Source: a virus
Virus record (IMG/VR): IMGVR_UViG_3300035182_000466
Location: 64,001-128,000 of that record
Length of the DNA stretch: 64,000 bases
Direction: 5' to 3' (one strand)
Both the position numbers and the translations under genes were made by a program. This document shows, piece after piece, positions 10,021 through 20,265 of the stretch. Each line of letters starts with the position of its first letter. Position 1 is the first letter of the stretch. Below the pieces are notes generated by a model. It was not told the DNA's origin, made no database searches, and saw nothing but the letters and a program-made list of their open reading frames with translations.

Positions 10021-10731
10021 ATGTATACTTTAGCTGGGGATCTTATTATTTTAGCTACTTCTGCTGCAAACTCCGGTGATTTAAAATCAGCGGCAAGATT
10101 ATTTCTTCAGGCTTGTGTTACATCTGATTTACCTGTGTTAATAAATAAGATTTCTAGTAACAAAGATGTAACAGCTTCTGATACTATAAGTTCTTATAAT
10201 TTTATCAATAAAAAGATAAATAAACGGTTCATCGTTGCCTTAACGGAAGAACTGGATAATACAACCCTTTTTAGTAAAAAAGAAATTATGGATGCAGTAA
10301 GAGCCATAAAATCTTCTGACACTTCTTCTAATAAAGATAAGTATTCTTTTGAAATAGTAGATAAAGAAGTTTGTCCTGAAGGATGTGATGAAACCTGTGA
10401 TTGTAATGAGGATGAGACTCAAGATGAATTTGATTTAGATGGTGCTGTTATAGAAGACGATGATATAGAGATATTAGCTTCTTCATCTACTTCTCTAGAA
10501 GAAGATATTAAAACTGCCTTAATCTCTTTAAAACTAAGATCAGATGATTGGGATGTTAAGAAGTTTATACCAATATTAATGACCATATTTCCGGATCTAG
10601 TTATAAAAGGATCATCTAATAGAGAGATAAGAAATATAGTCAATAATATTATAAACAGGTTAAAGACATTAGATAAAAACAAATTAAATGAATTACACAA
10701 TGCAGTAAAGCCGTTATTAACTCAGGAGTAA
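10021..10731 (+). CDS. hypothetical virion-associated protein
   Basis: GAGGTG RBS; 236 aa; between capsid and tail genes. Confidence 0.65.
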   Translation: MYTLAGDLIILATSAANSGDLKSAARLFLQACVTSDLPVLINKISSNKDVTASDTISSYNFINKKINKRFIVALTEELDNTTLFSKKEIMDAVRAIKSSDTSSNKDKYSFEIVDKEVCPEGCDETCDCNEDETQDEFDLDGAVIEDDDIEILASSSTSLEEDIKTALISLKLRSDDWDVKKFIPILMTIFPDLVIKGSSNREIRNIVNNIINRLKTLDKNKLNELHNAVKPLLTQE

Positions 10732-10733
10732 AT

Positions 10734-11522
10734 ATGTCAACCACTCCAGATTTTTCGGATATCTCCTTTGTTTTTGATACAGATGTTTCTAAATTTAGTG
10801 CAGGTTCTATAAATGCTATCTATGAAACTACACTATTAAGTTTAACCTTGCATGGATTAAGAGCTTCATTTAACAGGATATTACAGTGTCCTAGTCCTAT
10901 AGATTTTTCTTTTACAGACAGACTTAAAGAATTACAAGAAAAAAGAGAGTCTAATAACTTAAAGTATCCATATGCCTACATAGTATTAAACGATTTAGAT
11001 CTTTTAAAAGATCAGGCTAATACTACGGCAATGTCACATCGTGGATTAGCAGGAAGAAAAGCCTTCATAGGAGATTCAGTAGATGTAACATATGCATTTC
11101 CAATGAAGTTAAATATAACTTTGAATGTATTAGATTCAGATGTTGTAAGACTGTTAAGCTACGCACAATCCTTAATTTTGGCAGACGTAGCTAGAGCTTT
11201 TAATTTCAAAATAAATGCTTTTGATACACAAAGTATTTGTAAAGTTCAGAGATCTGGTAATATCTCTTTTCCAGAGAATCTTATATCTACTGATAACGAG
11301 CAAGACTACAACAGTGGTAAGGTATCTTTATCATTTGAAGTTCAAGGATGGATTGGATTTACTTGTTTAGTGCCTGGAGTTAAAACTATTAATTTAAGGT
11401 TCTATCAACAAGAAGTAAATTCAGATAAACGTACATTAGAACAAGCTTATATCTTAGAGTTGAAAGAGGAAGACGATGGCAAAGTCAATCTCTACAAATT
11501 TCTCCCTGCGGATAAACAATAA
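10734..11522 (+). CDS. putative neck/tail-completion protein
   Basis: Position before the sheath gene; YPYAYIVL and 'SFEVQGWI' strands typical of tail terminators (inference). Confidence 0.45.
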   Translation: MSTTPDFSDISFVFDTDVSKFSAGSINAIYETTLLSLTLHGLRASFNRILQCPSPIDFSFTDRLKELQEKRESNNLKYPYAYIVLNDLDLLKDQANTTAMSHRGLAGRKAFIGDSVDVTYAFPMKLNITLNVLDSDVVRLLSYAQSLILADVARAFNFKINAFDTQSICKVQRSGNISFPENLISTDNEQDYNSGKVSLSFEVQGWIGFTCLVPGVKTINLRFYQQEVNSDKRTLEQAYILELKEEDDGKVNLYKFLPADKQ

Positions 11523-12039
11523 GAATCAACCTAAGGTAATTGCAGATTCTAAAATATCCAGCGGATTGACTGAAGAATATTTTTATACAACAACTTATAA
11601 AGTTGATTCTATAGGTATATACTTAGGTGAAATAAAAGACTTTTTAGCGATTCAACCAAAATCTCCTATACTTATTGATTTTCAACGAGTAGACATGATA
11701 GAGCCTACACAAATATACTGTTCTAAACTTTTCATTAATCATGGAGAAATGGGAAAAGTTTGGTTACGAGTAGTAGGTGAACCAGTTATTACAACTGTTT
11801 GGTTTAGTACAAATAATTTGAATCTTGCTGGAAAGTTCTACATAAAAGTTAAGACAAAAGACTTGAGAATAAGAGAAAAGCAGTTAGAATTAAAGAATCT
11901 AGATGGTATAGACTTCAGTCTTCCTGTTAAACAATCTGTAAGATTTAAAGGAATCCGAAAGAAGAAGATACCATCAGATGGAATACCTGTGATAACTCAT
12001 TTTGGAGAAAATAAACTTTTAGTTGTAAATTCTAAGTAA
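11476..12039 (+). CDS. hypothetical structural protein
   Basis: GAGG RBS upstream; 187 aa; overlaps the previous gene. Confidence 0.6.
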   Translation: MAKSISTNFSLRINNKNQPKVIADSKISSGLTEEYFYTTTYKVDSIGIYLGEIKDFLAIQPKSPILIDFQRVDMIEPTQIYCSKLFINHGEMGKVWLRVVGEPVITTVWFSTNNLNLAGKFYIKVKTKDLRIREKQLELKNLDGIDFSLPVKQSVRFKGIRKKKIPSDGIPVITHFGENKLLVVNSK

Positions 12040-12051
12040 AAGGAGAGCAAT

Positions 12052-12378
12052 ATGTCTCAATTGGTTGAAGTTATTAATGTAGGTACAATGCCTGCAAGTA
12101 TTGAGTTTATAAACTCCAATGGAGATCATGACTCAGCAACTTTAGCAGCAAAGACTAGACATATTATTGATGAAGAGTGTATAACAACTTCAAAAGAGAA
12201 TTTAACTAAGAGGTCTATTAAGGTTAGACCTATATCTTCATCTACACCAGTAGTAGAAACTTCAGTAGCAATTGAAGCTAAAACTAATAATCAACCTAGT
12301 GTAGTTAAGCCAACTTCAGGTACTAATAATTCAAAGTCAATGCAACCTGTAGGTATTGTAGATGGGAAAGATAAATAA
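12052..12378 (+). CDS. hypothetical protein
   Basis: AAGGAG RBS; 108 aa; directly before the sheath gene. Confidence 0.65.
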   Translation: MSQLVEVINVGTMPASIEFINSNGDHDSATLAAKTRHIIDEECITTSKENLTKRSIKVRPISSSTPVVETSVAIEAKTNNQPSVVKPTSGTNNSKSMQPVGIVDGKDK

Positions 12379-12432
12379 ACAATAAGATAGCAACAAAATA
12401 GATGACTCATATTACGTGAAAGGAGATAGTTC

Positions 12433-14187
12433 ATGGCGACTATTGTAACTCATTCCTCTGCTGGTGTATATACTTCTGAAAAAGATAATTCTCAGGGTAT
12501 AGTACAAACAGCACAAGTAAGTATTGGAGCTATTGTATTTTTTAGTGAAATAGGACCAGTAGATCAGATTATAGAAATAACTGGAGGTCAAGCAGAATTC
12601 CTAAGTAAATTTGGTTCACCTAAGTATGAAGTGTCTTTAGGTCATTATGCAGCATTACAAGCTCTGACTAAGATGCCTAAACTATTGTGTACCAGAGTAC
12701 ATAATAGAGCTAAATTCGGAGGTTTAGTTGTAACGTTAGATAACTCCGGTTTAGTATCAATGCGCCAATTTACTACTGCTAAAGATGTACATCCAGAAGA
12801 TCCTAATATGTTCTTCATGGAGCTTGGTGATGCAGACTACAATGACGTTAATGACTTATTTTATATTTACGGAGCAGATCCAAACAAGTATAATGGAGAT
12901 TACCGTATAGTAATTACGGATGTTAGAGATGAAGACGACAAGTCTTTACCTAATACATTTAAGATACAGGTATTTGTAAAGGGATCAAATAGTGTTATTC
13001 CTGTGGAGTCTTTTGTTGTAAGTAGAAGTCATCAAACTGATGGTTATGGACGTCAACAATTTTTATCAGATGTAATTAATGGTAGATCAAGATTTATTCG
13101 TGTTTATAATAATGATCTTAACACTACTAAAATTAGTACTTCTATAATGCCTACCATGACGTTAAACTACTTAGGTACAACTCCTAGTGCAGTTCCTAAT
13201 GCATACTTATCAAATGGAGATTCAGGTTTAGATAATATTCCACTTAATGGACTATCGGCAATTATTATGGGAAGAGATGCACTTCCTAGTAATATGTCAA
13301 ATCCTTATACACCATATAAAAACAGTGGTTGGCAGCTTTACTATGAACGTGAAGAGGTTAAATTCCAATTGCTGATAAATGGTGGTTATACTAATCCACA
13401 GATTCAATTAAAGATGTTAGATCTTTGTGAAACTCGTGGTGACTGTATGGCAATTCTTGATATACCATTTGATAAGCAAGGATCAAAGTATGATCGTACT
13501 ACTGATCCTGTTGATTATCGTAATAATCCTTACGGTGGATTAGATGCAGATTCATCTTATGGTGCATTATATTCACCATGGTATTATGTTAATGACGAAT
13601 TTAGTGGTAAGCAGATTTGGTTACCACCTTCTGGATTTATTGCAGCTATTTATGCTGAGACAGATATCAATTACGCAACATGGTTCTCACCTGCAGGTTT
13701 AAATAGAGGTATGCTTCATAATGTAATTGACGTTGGTGCTAAGTATAAACAAGAGGATAGAGATCTATTAGTAACAAATCAAATTTGTCCTACTAGAGTA
13801 TTTAAAGACATTGGTATTGCGGTATGGGGAGATGTTACTCTTCAAAAGAAAGACTCTGCAACGTCTAACATAAACGTTAGACGTTTATTGAACCTCATAA
13901 AATTGGATGTAGAATTTAATTTACAATATTCAGTATTTGATCCAAATGACGAGATTTTAAGATCTGAGATTCGTCAAAGAGTAAATAACATTCTTGAACC
14001 TATTAGACTGGGACGTGGTTTATATACCTACTCTGTAGTATGTGATGGTACAAATAATTCCGTTGACGATTTAGCTAATGGTATACTGAATGTTGATGTG
14101 TATCTTGAGCCTGTAATTCCGGCTAAGAGAATAATGGTTCAGTTGATTATTAATCGTACTTCTGTAAAGATTGAAGTTCAATCCTAA
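12433..14187 (+). CDS. contractile tail sheath protein
   Basis: SAGVYTSEKD N-terminus, YSPWY, LPPSGFIA, WFSPAGLNRG, VWGDVTL, INVRRLL, VVCDGTNN, VYLEPV: gp18-like sheath motifs. Confidence 0.95.
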   Translation: MATIVTHSSAGVYTSEKDNSQGIVQTAQVSIGAIVFFSEIGPVDQIIEITGGQAEFLSKFGSPKYEVSLGHYAALQALTKMPKLLCTRVHNRAKFGGLVVTLDNSGLVSMRQFTTAKDVHPEDPNMFFMELGDADYNDVNDLFYIYGADPNKYNGDYRIVITDVRDEDDKSLPNTFKIQVFVKGSNSVIPVESFVVSRSHQTDGYGRQQFLSDVINGRSRFIRVYNNDLNTTKISTSIMPTMTLNYLGTTPSAVPNAYLSNGDSGLDNIPLNGLSAIIMGRDALPSNMSNPYTPYKNSGWQLYYEREEVKFQLLINGGYTNPQIQLKMLDLCETRGDCMAILDIPFDKQGSKYDRTTDPVDYRNNPYGGLDADSSYGALYSPWYYVNDEFSGKQIWLPPSGFIAAIYAETDINYATWFSPAGLNRGMLHNVIDVGAKYKQEDRDLLVTNQICPTRVFKDIGIAVWGDVTLQKKDSATSNINVRRLLNLIKLDVEFNLQYSVFDPNDEILRSEIRQRVNNILEPIRLGRGLYTYSVVCDGTNNSVDDLANGILNVDVYLEPVIPAKRIMVQLIINRTSVKIEVQS

Positions 14188-14218
14188 TACTTATATACAG
14201 ATTCGGAGGTTTTCTATT

Positions 14219-14779
14219 ATGGCAAGCACTATATCAAGAACTAGAATTGGAGACGTATTGGCTATAAATGACCCTCTTTATGGGGACAATTTTGAGTTAT
14301 GGATACCTACATTACCTACTGGTGTTTCTGGTACTCCTGGTAACGCAAAAAATGCTTTACGTATCCAGTGTAAATCAGTTTCAATGCCTGGAGTTCAAAA
14401 CGAAGCACAAGATCTTACCTTACATGGTTATAAAGTATCAGTAGTTGGAAGAACAGTATTTCAAAATACTTTATCCATAACCTATGTAGAGACTAGACAG
14501 CTTGAGATTTATCAAACTTTAAAACAATGGGTTAAAGCCTGTAGGGATTGGCAAACACAAATAAGCAAAGGTAAACAAGCCTATTCAACTGTTGGAAACT
14601 TGGCTCTATTTGATGAGCAAGGTCAAGTAATAACTGGAAGTGCTTGGACTATAGGTAACATGTGGTGTGAACAAGTTCAAGACATAAACCTTGATGGTTC
14701 ATCTGCTTCAATTGTTGAAGTTTCCGCTTCGTTTAGATATGATTGGTTTGACCAAGTTGAAACACCTGCAAAATCATAA
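14219..14779 (+). CDS. tail tube protein
   Basis: GGAGG RBS at ~14204 favours ATG 14219. gp19-like pattern (CKSVSMPG, TLSITYVE, VSASFRYDW); follows the sheath gene. Confidence 0.85.
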   Translation: MASTISRTRIGDVLAINDPLYGDNFELWIPTLPTGVSGTPGNAKNALRIQCKSVSMPGVQNEAQDLTLHGYKVSVVGRTVFQNTLSITYVETRQLEIYQTLKQWVKACRDWQTQISKGKQAYSTVGNLALFDEQGQVITGSAWTIGNMWCEQVQDINLDGSSASIVEVSASFRYDWFDQVETPAKS

Positions 14780-14789
14780 GTAATTCCTG

Positions 14790-14819
14790 AACAGGGGTAT
14801 CTTATGGTACCCCTGTTTA
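14790..14819 (+). terminator. stem-loop (probable terminator) after the tail tube gene
   Basis: AACAGGGGTA-tcttatgg-TACCCCTGTT perfect 10-bp stem with a short T tail. Confidence 0.7.
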
Positions 14820-14832
14820 ATTAGGTGATGAT

Positions 14833-15399
14833 ATGTCTAAAAAACCTACTATATCTACAGTAATAGCACTAGCTAATACTGGGCCTTTAATGAGTCATAA
14901 TTGGTCAATTGAAAGTGTAACGTTACAAGATTCAACTAATGCTAATAGTTTTAACAGCTTTTTCCCTTCCAGGTTCTTTCAAAATTATGTAGAGTCGATA
15001 GAACTTCCCTTCAGACAATTCAACGCTGATGATCGTCACCTCGCTACGACCAAACAATTCTACGCAGGGTTTAATACTGTAAATAATTTTACGGTAACAT
15101 TTTTTGAAGATTCAAATGCATCTACAATTAAAGGATTCTCTAAATGGCAGGATTTAATAATGGATTCAGATCCAAGTAAACCTGAAACCTTTGGAAACTA
15201 TTATCCTGCATCTAACTATAAAGCTAAAGTTATAGTTAATCTTTTAAGTGATACCATTCAAGGTAAAATTATTAGAACCGCAAGTTTACTTGGTGTATTT
15301 CCATTGATTATTAATCCTTTAAACATGACAAGTGTAGTAGACATAGTTACAGTTCAAGTAACATTTAGCGTAGATAAAGTAAATTGGTCAAACATCTAA
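14833..15399 (+). CDS. second tube-like protein (tube initiator, gp54/gp19-like)
   Basis: VESIELP, FTVTFFED, LLGVFP and VQVTFSVD parallel the tube fold. Confidence 0.7.
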   Translation: MSKKPTISTVIALANTGPLMSHNWSIESVTLQDSTNANSFNSFFPSRFFQNYVESIELPFRQFNADDRHLATTKQFYAGFNTVNNFTVTFFEDSNASTIKGFSKWQDLIMDSDPSKPETFGNYYPASNYKAKVIVNLLSDTIQGKIIRTASLLGVFPLIINPLNMTSVVDIVTVQVTFSVDKVNWSNI

Positions 15400-15423
15400 A
15401 GAAAAACTAACTAGGAGACACTG

Positions 15424-16320
15424 ATGAACAACAGCAATGGACAAATTATGCCACCGAAGAGGAAAGCTATTCTAAAACCTGTATCATCACAACTACAAGA
15501 ACCTGTATCTAAAACTCAAGATCAAGCTCATTCTGAGAAACAAAGATTTCAGAATGATGGTCGTTATGTCTTATTACAAGAACTTCCTTCACAGTATCAT
15601 CCACGATTTGGGTACGACTTTGAAGAACTATGGATCAGACAATTAACTACTAATGAAGCTCGCTTGATACATATGGCTAAAGTTAGTAATAACATTACTT
15701 ATTTGATTAGTGCAGTTGGAGCATGTTTAAGTCAACCAATAAACAAGTTAATTGTGGAAGACTTTGAGTTCTGTCTTTATTGGTTACGTTTAAATAGTTA
15801 CCCTGCAAGACCTTTTCATGTTACTTGGACTTGTGATAATGAACTTGAAGATCTAGATGAAAATGGTAACAAGAAGATTTGCGGTCATAAAGATCAATTA
15901 TCACAAATAAAGAAATCCGATATAACTATTAACCATATACCAGATGATTTTAAAATGTTACCAGAGGTTGCATTTCCTACAATGCGATTCTTTGAAGAGC
16001 TGGATTCTCTTAGACGAAGGATCGAGTCATTTAAAAACTCCGATCTTACAGATGAGGATGAAGAAAAAGAATATACCTCTTTAATGGGAGATCTTTATTT
16101 AGCAGATATAGCTCAATGGATTAAAGCTGGAGATTCATTAGCTGAAAAATTGATGATTTTAAATGAGCAACCTAATCTTGTGCTTCAAGAAAAAATTGAG
16201 GGGTTTGTAGAGAAACTTCCTCAATTTGGGGTATCTGAATGGATATCTTTAAAATGTCAAGCTTGCGGAGGTATAATGAGAAGGAAACTGACATTGAATT
16301 ATCTTTCCTTCTTTCCCTAG
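15424..16320 (+). CDS. tail/baseplate-hub assembly chaperone (short form)
   Basis: WIRQLTTNEA, DFEFCLYWLRLNSY, WTC..ICG and CQACG Zn-like pairs; ends LSFFP. T4 gp26/gp51-like features, located between the tube and tape-measure genes. Confidence 0.7.
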   Translation: MNNSNGQIMPPKRKAILKPVSSQLQEPVSKTQDQAHSEKQRFQNDGRYVLLQELPSQYHPRFGYDFEELWIRQLTTNEARLIHMAKVSNNITYLISAVGACLSQPINKLIVEDFEFCLYWLRLNSYPARPFHVTWTCDNELEDLDENGNKKICGHKDQLSQIKKSDITINHIPDDFKMLPEVAFPTMRFFEELDSLRRRIESFKNSDLTDEDEEKEYTSLMGDLYLADIAQWIKAGDSLAEKLMILNEQPNLVLQEKIEGFVEKLPQFGVSEWISLKCQACGGIMRRKLTLNYLSFFP

Positions 16321-16453
16321 CCTGACTATACAACAGATACTAGATACTCAGTGGACTTTAGCTACAAAATGTAATATACCACCTAATGATAATATGCCTA
16401 TAATGAACTTGTTATACTGGGCTTCTTTATACAAAGAAGATATCTCAAAATAA
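16319..16453 (+). CDS. +1 frame extension of the chaperone (44 aa, SLTIQQILDTQW...YKEDISK)
   Basis: Open +1 frame beginning at TTT-CCC-TAG-C (16312-16321) that fills the gap up to the next gene's RBS. Closed upstream by TGA, with no canonical start at its 5' end. Confidence 0.7.
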   Translation, partial: SLTIQQILDTQWTLATKCNIPPNDNMPIMNLLYWASLYKEDISK

Positions 16454-16464
16454 AGTAGGATGTT

Positions 16465-19287
16465 ATGGCTAATTCATTATTCAGTAACGTAATGAAAGAT
16501 ATAAAATTAAATACTATAGACATAGTTAAAAATAAGTATCAAGATGTAAAAACTAATGTTAGGAATAATGTTGCAGATAGAGCAGGTTCATTAAGCCAAA
16601 CTCTATCTAAGCATGCTCCAAACACGTATCCAAACTCCTCTTTATCTAGAACCTTAGAAAAGATTGCAGGTAGTAAAGTACAAGATATAAGAGAAGATGC
16701 TAAGAAGAGATTAGAAAGAACTCAGGACGCCGCAGCTCAGGAACAACAGACTGAAGCTTTAGATGGAATGGATAAATCTTTAACAGCGCAGTTAAAGCTG
16801 GTTAATAAAAATCTAGAAAAAATAGACAAGACTATAAGAGTAACTGGTTCTGATGGAGGTTTACTTGGCAAGTACTTAGAGTACAGAGGACTAAAAGGTA
16901 CTTTAAAAGGTAAAGGTACTTGGTATAATCCAAAAACCTGGTTTAATAAAGGTGCTGGTTCTACTACAGAAGCTGCTGCCGAAGCAGCAGAAGCTACAGG
17001 AGCTACAGCAGCAGAGACTACAGAAGCTACAGCCGCAGCAGCAGATACTACAGCAGTCGCAGCTTCTACTGGAAGTCGTGTTTTGTCAGGAGCTACTAAG
17101 GTAATAGGTAGAGTTGCATTACCTCTAACAGGTTTAATTGCAGGATATTCAGAGTATAATTCAGCAGATAATAAAGATCAATCCACTGAGGTAAAAACTG
17201 CAAGAGCTGTAACTACTGGTGCTGGTACAATGGCAGGTGCACTAGGTGGTGCTAAACTAGGCGCAATGGGTGGTGCTGCTTTAGGCTCTGTAATACCAGG
17301 TTTAGGAACTACGGTTGGAGGTATTGTAGGAGCTATAGTAGGTGGTATTGGTGGTGCATTCGGTGGAGAGAAATTTTCAAAGTGGATCTCAAGAAAAGTA
17401 TTTAAAAGTGATGAAACTAAACAAAAAGATGTAGATACTAAAAAAGAACTTACTGATAATTTTGATACTAGAAATGCCTTAATTATAAACAAGGCAGAAG
17501 ATATAACAAATAAATCAACTGCCCTAACAGGTAATGAAGAAGGTGATGAAGAAGGTGAAGGGCCTACTTACTTAGAAAAACAAGACGCTAAAAATCTAAA
17601 AGATTTGACCACAATTACTAAGGAAGCGTATAGACCTAGAGGACTAATGGAACGTCTATTTTCTACTTTAAGTGCACCGTTTGAGTGGCTTAGAAGTAAG
17701 CTTGGTGGTGGTCCCTCAACTCCTACAGGAGGAGCACCTATAGGTGCTCCAAGTTCTAGTGATGCAGAAGTACCTATGGCTTCTTCACATGGTACACCAT
17801 CTTCTTCTTCTTCATATGGTACACCATCTTCTTCTTCATATGATACACCTTCTTCTTCAGGAAGTACCACATCAAGCACTTCAGGTTCTATAGATACTTC
17901 CAACATTGTTGCAGAAGGTTTTGCAGGAGCAGCCCTTTCCGGAATACCTTATAATAACAAACGAGATGGAACAGGAATGGACTGTTCCGAAATAAGCCAA
18001 GCTGCTTATCGTGCTGCTGGAATATCAATTCCAGGTACTGCTGAAGCTCAAAGAAAAGATGTTCTAAAAAATGGTACTCCTGTTACTAGTATAAAAGATC
18101 TTCAGCCTGGAGATCTTATCTTCTATCATAGTGAAAAAGAAGAAGCTTTAAGAAAAGCTGGAATAGCAGGTGGTGGAGCTAGAAAGCCAGTAGGGCCTTT
18201 TGGTGCGACACATGTAGCTGTATACCTAGGTAAGGATCCAGTTACTGGCAAACCTAAGATGTTTGAGTCTGGAAATAGTAAAACTGGTGCTAAGTCAGGT
18301 GTGAAAGACTTTAGAGCCAAAGGTTTTATAATGGGTGGACGCCCAACTAAGTCAGGAGATTCTGGTAAAAGAGTAATGGCTGCCTTAGTAGGAAATCAAG
18401 GTGGTTCAATTCCTAAAGACGACATACAAGTCGCATCTTCTGACAAAGCAGAGCCAGAAACAACTCAAAGTACCAGTACACAAAAAGCTTCTTCAGAAGA
18501 CTTTAAAACTGTTACATCACCAGAAGAAGACATTAAAAAAGAAGAACCTTATGATGTGGCCTCCGTTGCTTTACCTTCTGATATTGATTCTGAACCACAA
18601 GGTCTTGTAAAACAGTTATTAAAATCTGATAATTTTGTAGCTGCTTCTTCACCTGCGGTTAAGAAAGAAGAACCACTGTTAGATACAGTTAGTGCTGTAG
18701 AAGCAGCGTCTAATATACCGGCATCTTCTGGAACTAACTTGCCTATTTCTTCAACTGAAGGTTTAAAACCAGAAACAACTACGAATAACAGTGGTCTATT
18801 AGGATTCTTAAATAAGGTTTTAAGCACAGTTACTGGTGCGGCGACTTCTGGATACTCTGATTTAAAAGATTCTGGTGGAAAACTATATGATAAAATTTCT
18901 AATGGAATTAGTGATACTGTAGGAGCAGGACTAGATACTTTAAAAAATAAAGCACAGTCTGCTACTGATACGGTTATGGGTTCATGGGATAACTTAGCTT
19001 CTTCTGCCTTTCCAGTAATTGATGGAGCTACGGGAGCAGTAAATAGAGCTTTTAGTGGAGTGCCAGATGCCCAGACTGTAAAATCACCTGAGTCAATAGT
19101 ATTACCACCAAGAGCAGAGCTGACATCAAATAAGCCTACTACAAATAAAGATAATAAAGTTAGTCAACAACCAAGCTATCCACCTACTGCTAATCTGCCT
19201 GCCGCAGAAGTTCCAAGTTTAAGAACTGATGGAATGTTTATGGTTGAGGATGGTGGACTAAATCTTATTATATTAGGAGTAGTTTAA
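16465..19287 (+). CDS. tape-measure-like tail protein with NlpC/P60 peptidoglycan hydrolase domain
   Basis: Ala/Gly-rich helical and glycine-zipper region. GIPY..GMDCS..LQPGDLIFY..HVAVYLG..FES NlpC/P60 motifs; Ser/Thr-rich linkers. Confidence 0.8.
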   Translation: MANSLFSNVMKDIKLNTIDIVKNKYQDVKTNVRNNVADRAGSLSQTLSKHAPNTYPNSSLSRTLEKIAGSKVQDIREDAKKRLERTQDAAAQEQQTEALDGMDKSLTAQLKLVNKNLEKIDKTIRVTGSDGGLLGKYLEYRGLKGTLKGKGTWYNPKTWFNKGAGSTTEAAAEAAEATGATAAETTEATAAAADTTAVAASTGSRVLSGATKVIGRVALPLTGLIAGYSEYNSADNKDQSTEVKTARAVTTGAGTMAGALGGAKLGAMGGAALGSVIPGLGTTVGGIVGAIVGGIGGAFGGEKFSKWISRKVFKSDETKQKDVDTKKELTDNFDTRNALIINKAEDITNKSTALTGNEEGDEEGEGPTYLEKQDAKNLKDLTTITKEAYRPRGLMERLFSTLSAPFEWLRSKLGGGPSTPTGGAPIGAPSSSDAEVPMASSHGTPSSSSSYGTPSSSSYDTPSSSGSTTSSTSGSIDTSNIVAEGFAGAALSGIPYNNKRDGTGMDCSEISQAAYRAAGISIPGTAEAQRKDVLKNGTPVTSIKDLQPGDLIFYHSEKEEALRKAGIAGGGARKPVGPFGATHVAVYLGKDPVTGKPKMFESGNSKTGAKSGVKDFRAKGFIMGGRPTKSGDSGKRVMAALVGNQGGSIPKDDIQVASSDKAEPETTQSTSTQKASSEDFKTVTSPEEDIKKEEPYDVASVALPSDIDSEPQGLVKQLLKSDNFVAASSPAVKKEEPLLDTVSAVEAASNIPASSGTNLPISSTEGLKPETTTNNSGLLGFLNKVLSTVTGAATSGYSDLKDSGGKLYDKISNGISDTVGAGLDTLKNKAQSATDTVMGSWDNLASSAFPVIDGATGAVNRAFSGVPDAQTVKSPESIVLPPRAELTSNKPTTNKDNKVSQQPSYPPTANLPAAEVPSLRTDGMFMVEDGGLNLIILGVV

Positions 19288-19288
19288 T

Positions 19289-19906
19289 ATGTCTGAAATA
19301 GGTGGATATGAGTCTTTAAATAAAAATTATAGAGTATGGTTAAGTAAAGGTAGTTCAATAGTATCTACACCAATGGCTGAGAATTTTTCTACTTCTTTAG
19401 ATATAACATGGAATCCAATACTTGCCGGTGGTATGCAAGAAGCAATGTCAGCTATGGTAGGTGGAAATGTTACTGAATGGGTTAATAAGACTGCCGCAGC
19501 AGGTGGTTTTAACTTTCAGAATAAACAGTTAAGTGCTCAATTATGGCAAGGATCTTCGTATATTTCATATAATATTCCTTTTGTGTTTAAGGTAGAGAAA
19601 GATCCTCAAAGAGAACTTGTTGAACCAATAAAAGAAATAATGAAGATGGCTCTACCTAGAGAATTTGGTCCTATCCTTAAAGCGCCTTATACACCTATGT
19701 TACCGGATAGCGAAACTAATTCTCCAGTAGAAGTTAGATTTGGAAATTTCATGGTTCTTAAAAATTGTGTAATAACTAATATAAGTCAGACATATGATGC
19801 AATTTTTGATTCTGATGGTAGACCTTTAAGTGCTAAGTTAGATGTTTCAGTAATATCTACTTATATTATCGTCTATGATGATATTCAAACTATGTTCAAA
19901 CATTAA
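19289..19906 (+). CDS. putative baseplate/tube initiator protein (gp48-like)
   Basis: NCVITNISQTY..DGRPLSAKLDVSV pattern; follows the tape measure gene. Confidence 0.6.
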   Translation: MSEIGGYESLNKNYRVWLSKGSSIVSTPMAENFSTSLDITWNPILAGGMQEAMSAMVGGNVTEWVNKTAAAGGFNFQNKQLSAQLWQGSSYISYNIPFVFKVEKDPQRELVEPIKEIMKMALPREFGPILKAPYTPMLPDSETNSPVEVRFGNFMVLKNCVITNISQTYDAIFDSDGRPLSAKLDVSVISTYIIVYDDIQTMFKH

Positions 19907-19920
19907 CTAGAGGTTATTAT

Positions 19921-20253
19921 ATGTCGATATATGATAGACATTTATATCTAACTAGAGATAACTTAGGTAATGACCCTCTCACAGATAAATTGGTTGATAA
20001 AATAATGGTAATACCTTATTCTTCAATATATGAAATACCTTTTTATAATGAGAATAGGCCAGATAAAATTTCAGCTTTATTCTTTGGTTCACCTGAGTTA
20101 TATTGGGTAATACTTGTTTATAATAAACTTATTGCAAATACTGAACTGACTGCAGGATCATTTATAAAGATACCTAATTTTACTATTTTAAATGATCTTT
20201 TAGTTAAACAGAGCCAAGGTAAACGTTTATCCAAACAAATTTATTTGAAATAA
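19921..20253 (+). CDS. baseplate wedge protein, gp53/LysM-like
   Basis: RPDKISALFFGSPELYWVILVYN..GSFIKIP. Confidence 0.75.
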   Translation: MSIYDRHLYLTRDNLGNDPLTDKLVDKIMVIPYSSIYEIPFYNENRPDKISALFFGSPELYWVILVYNKLIANTELTAGSFIKIPNFTILNDLLVKQSQGKRLSKQIYLK

Positions 20254-20265
20254 CTAGAGGCCTTT

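Noticed and set aside
16318-16374. In-frame TAG readthrough or -1 shift of the chaperone gene
   Set aside because: The 0 frame closes after 17 codons and the -1 frame immediately; only the +1 frame fills the gap.
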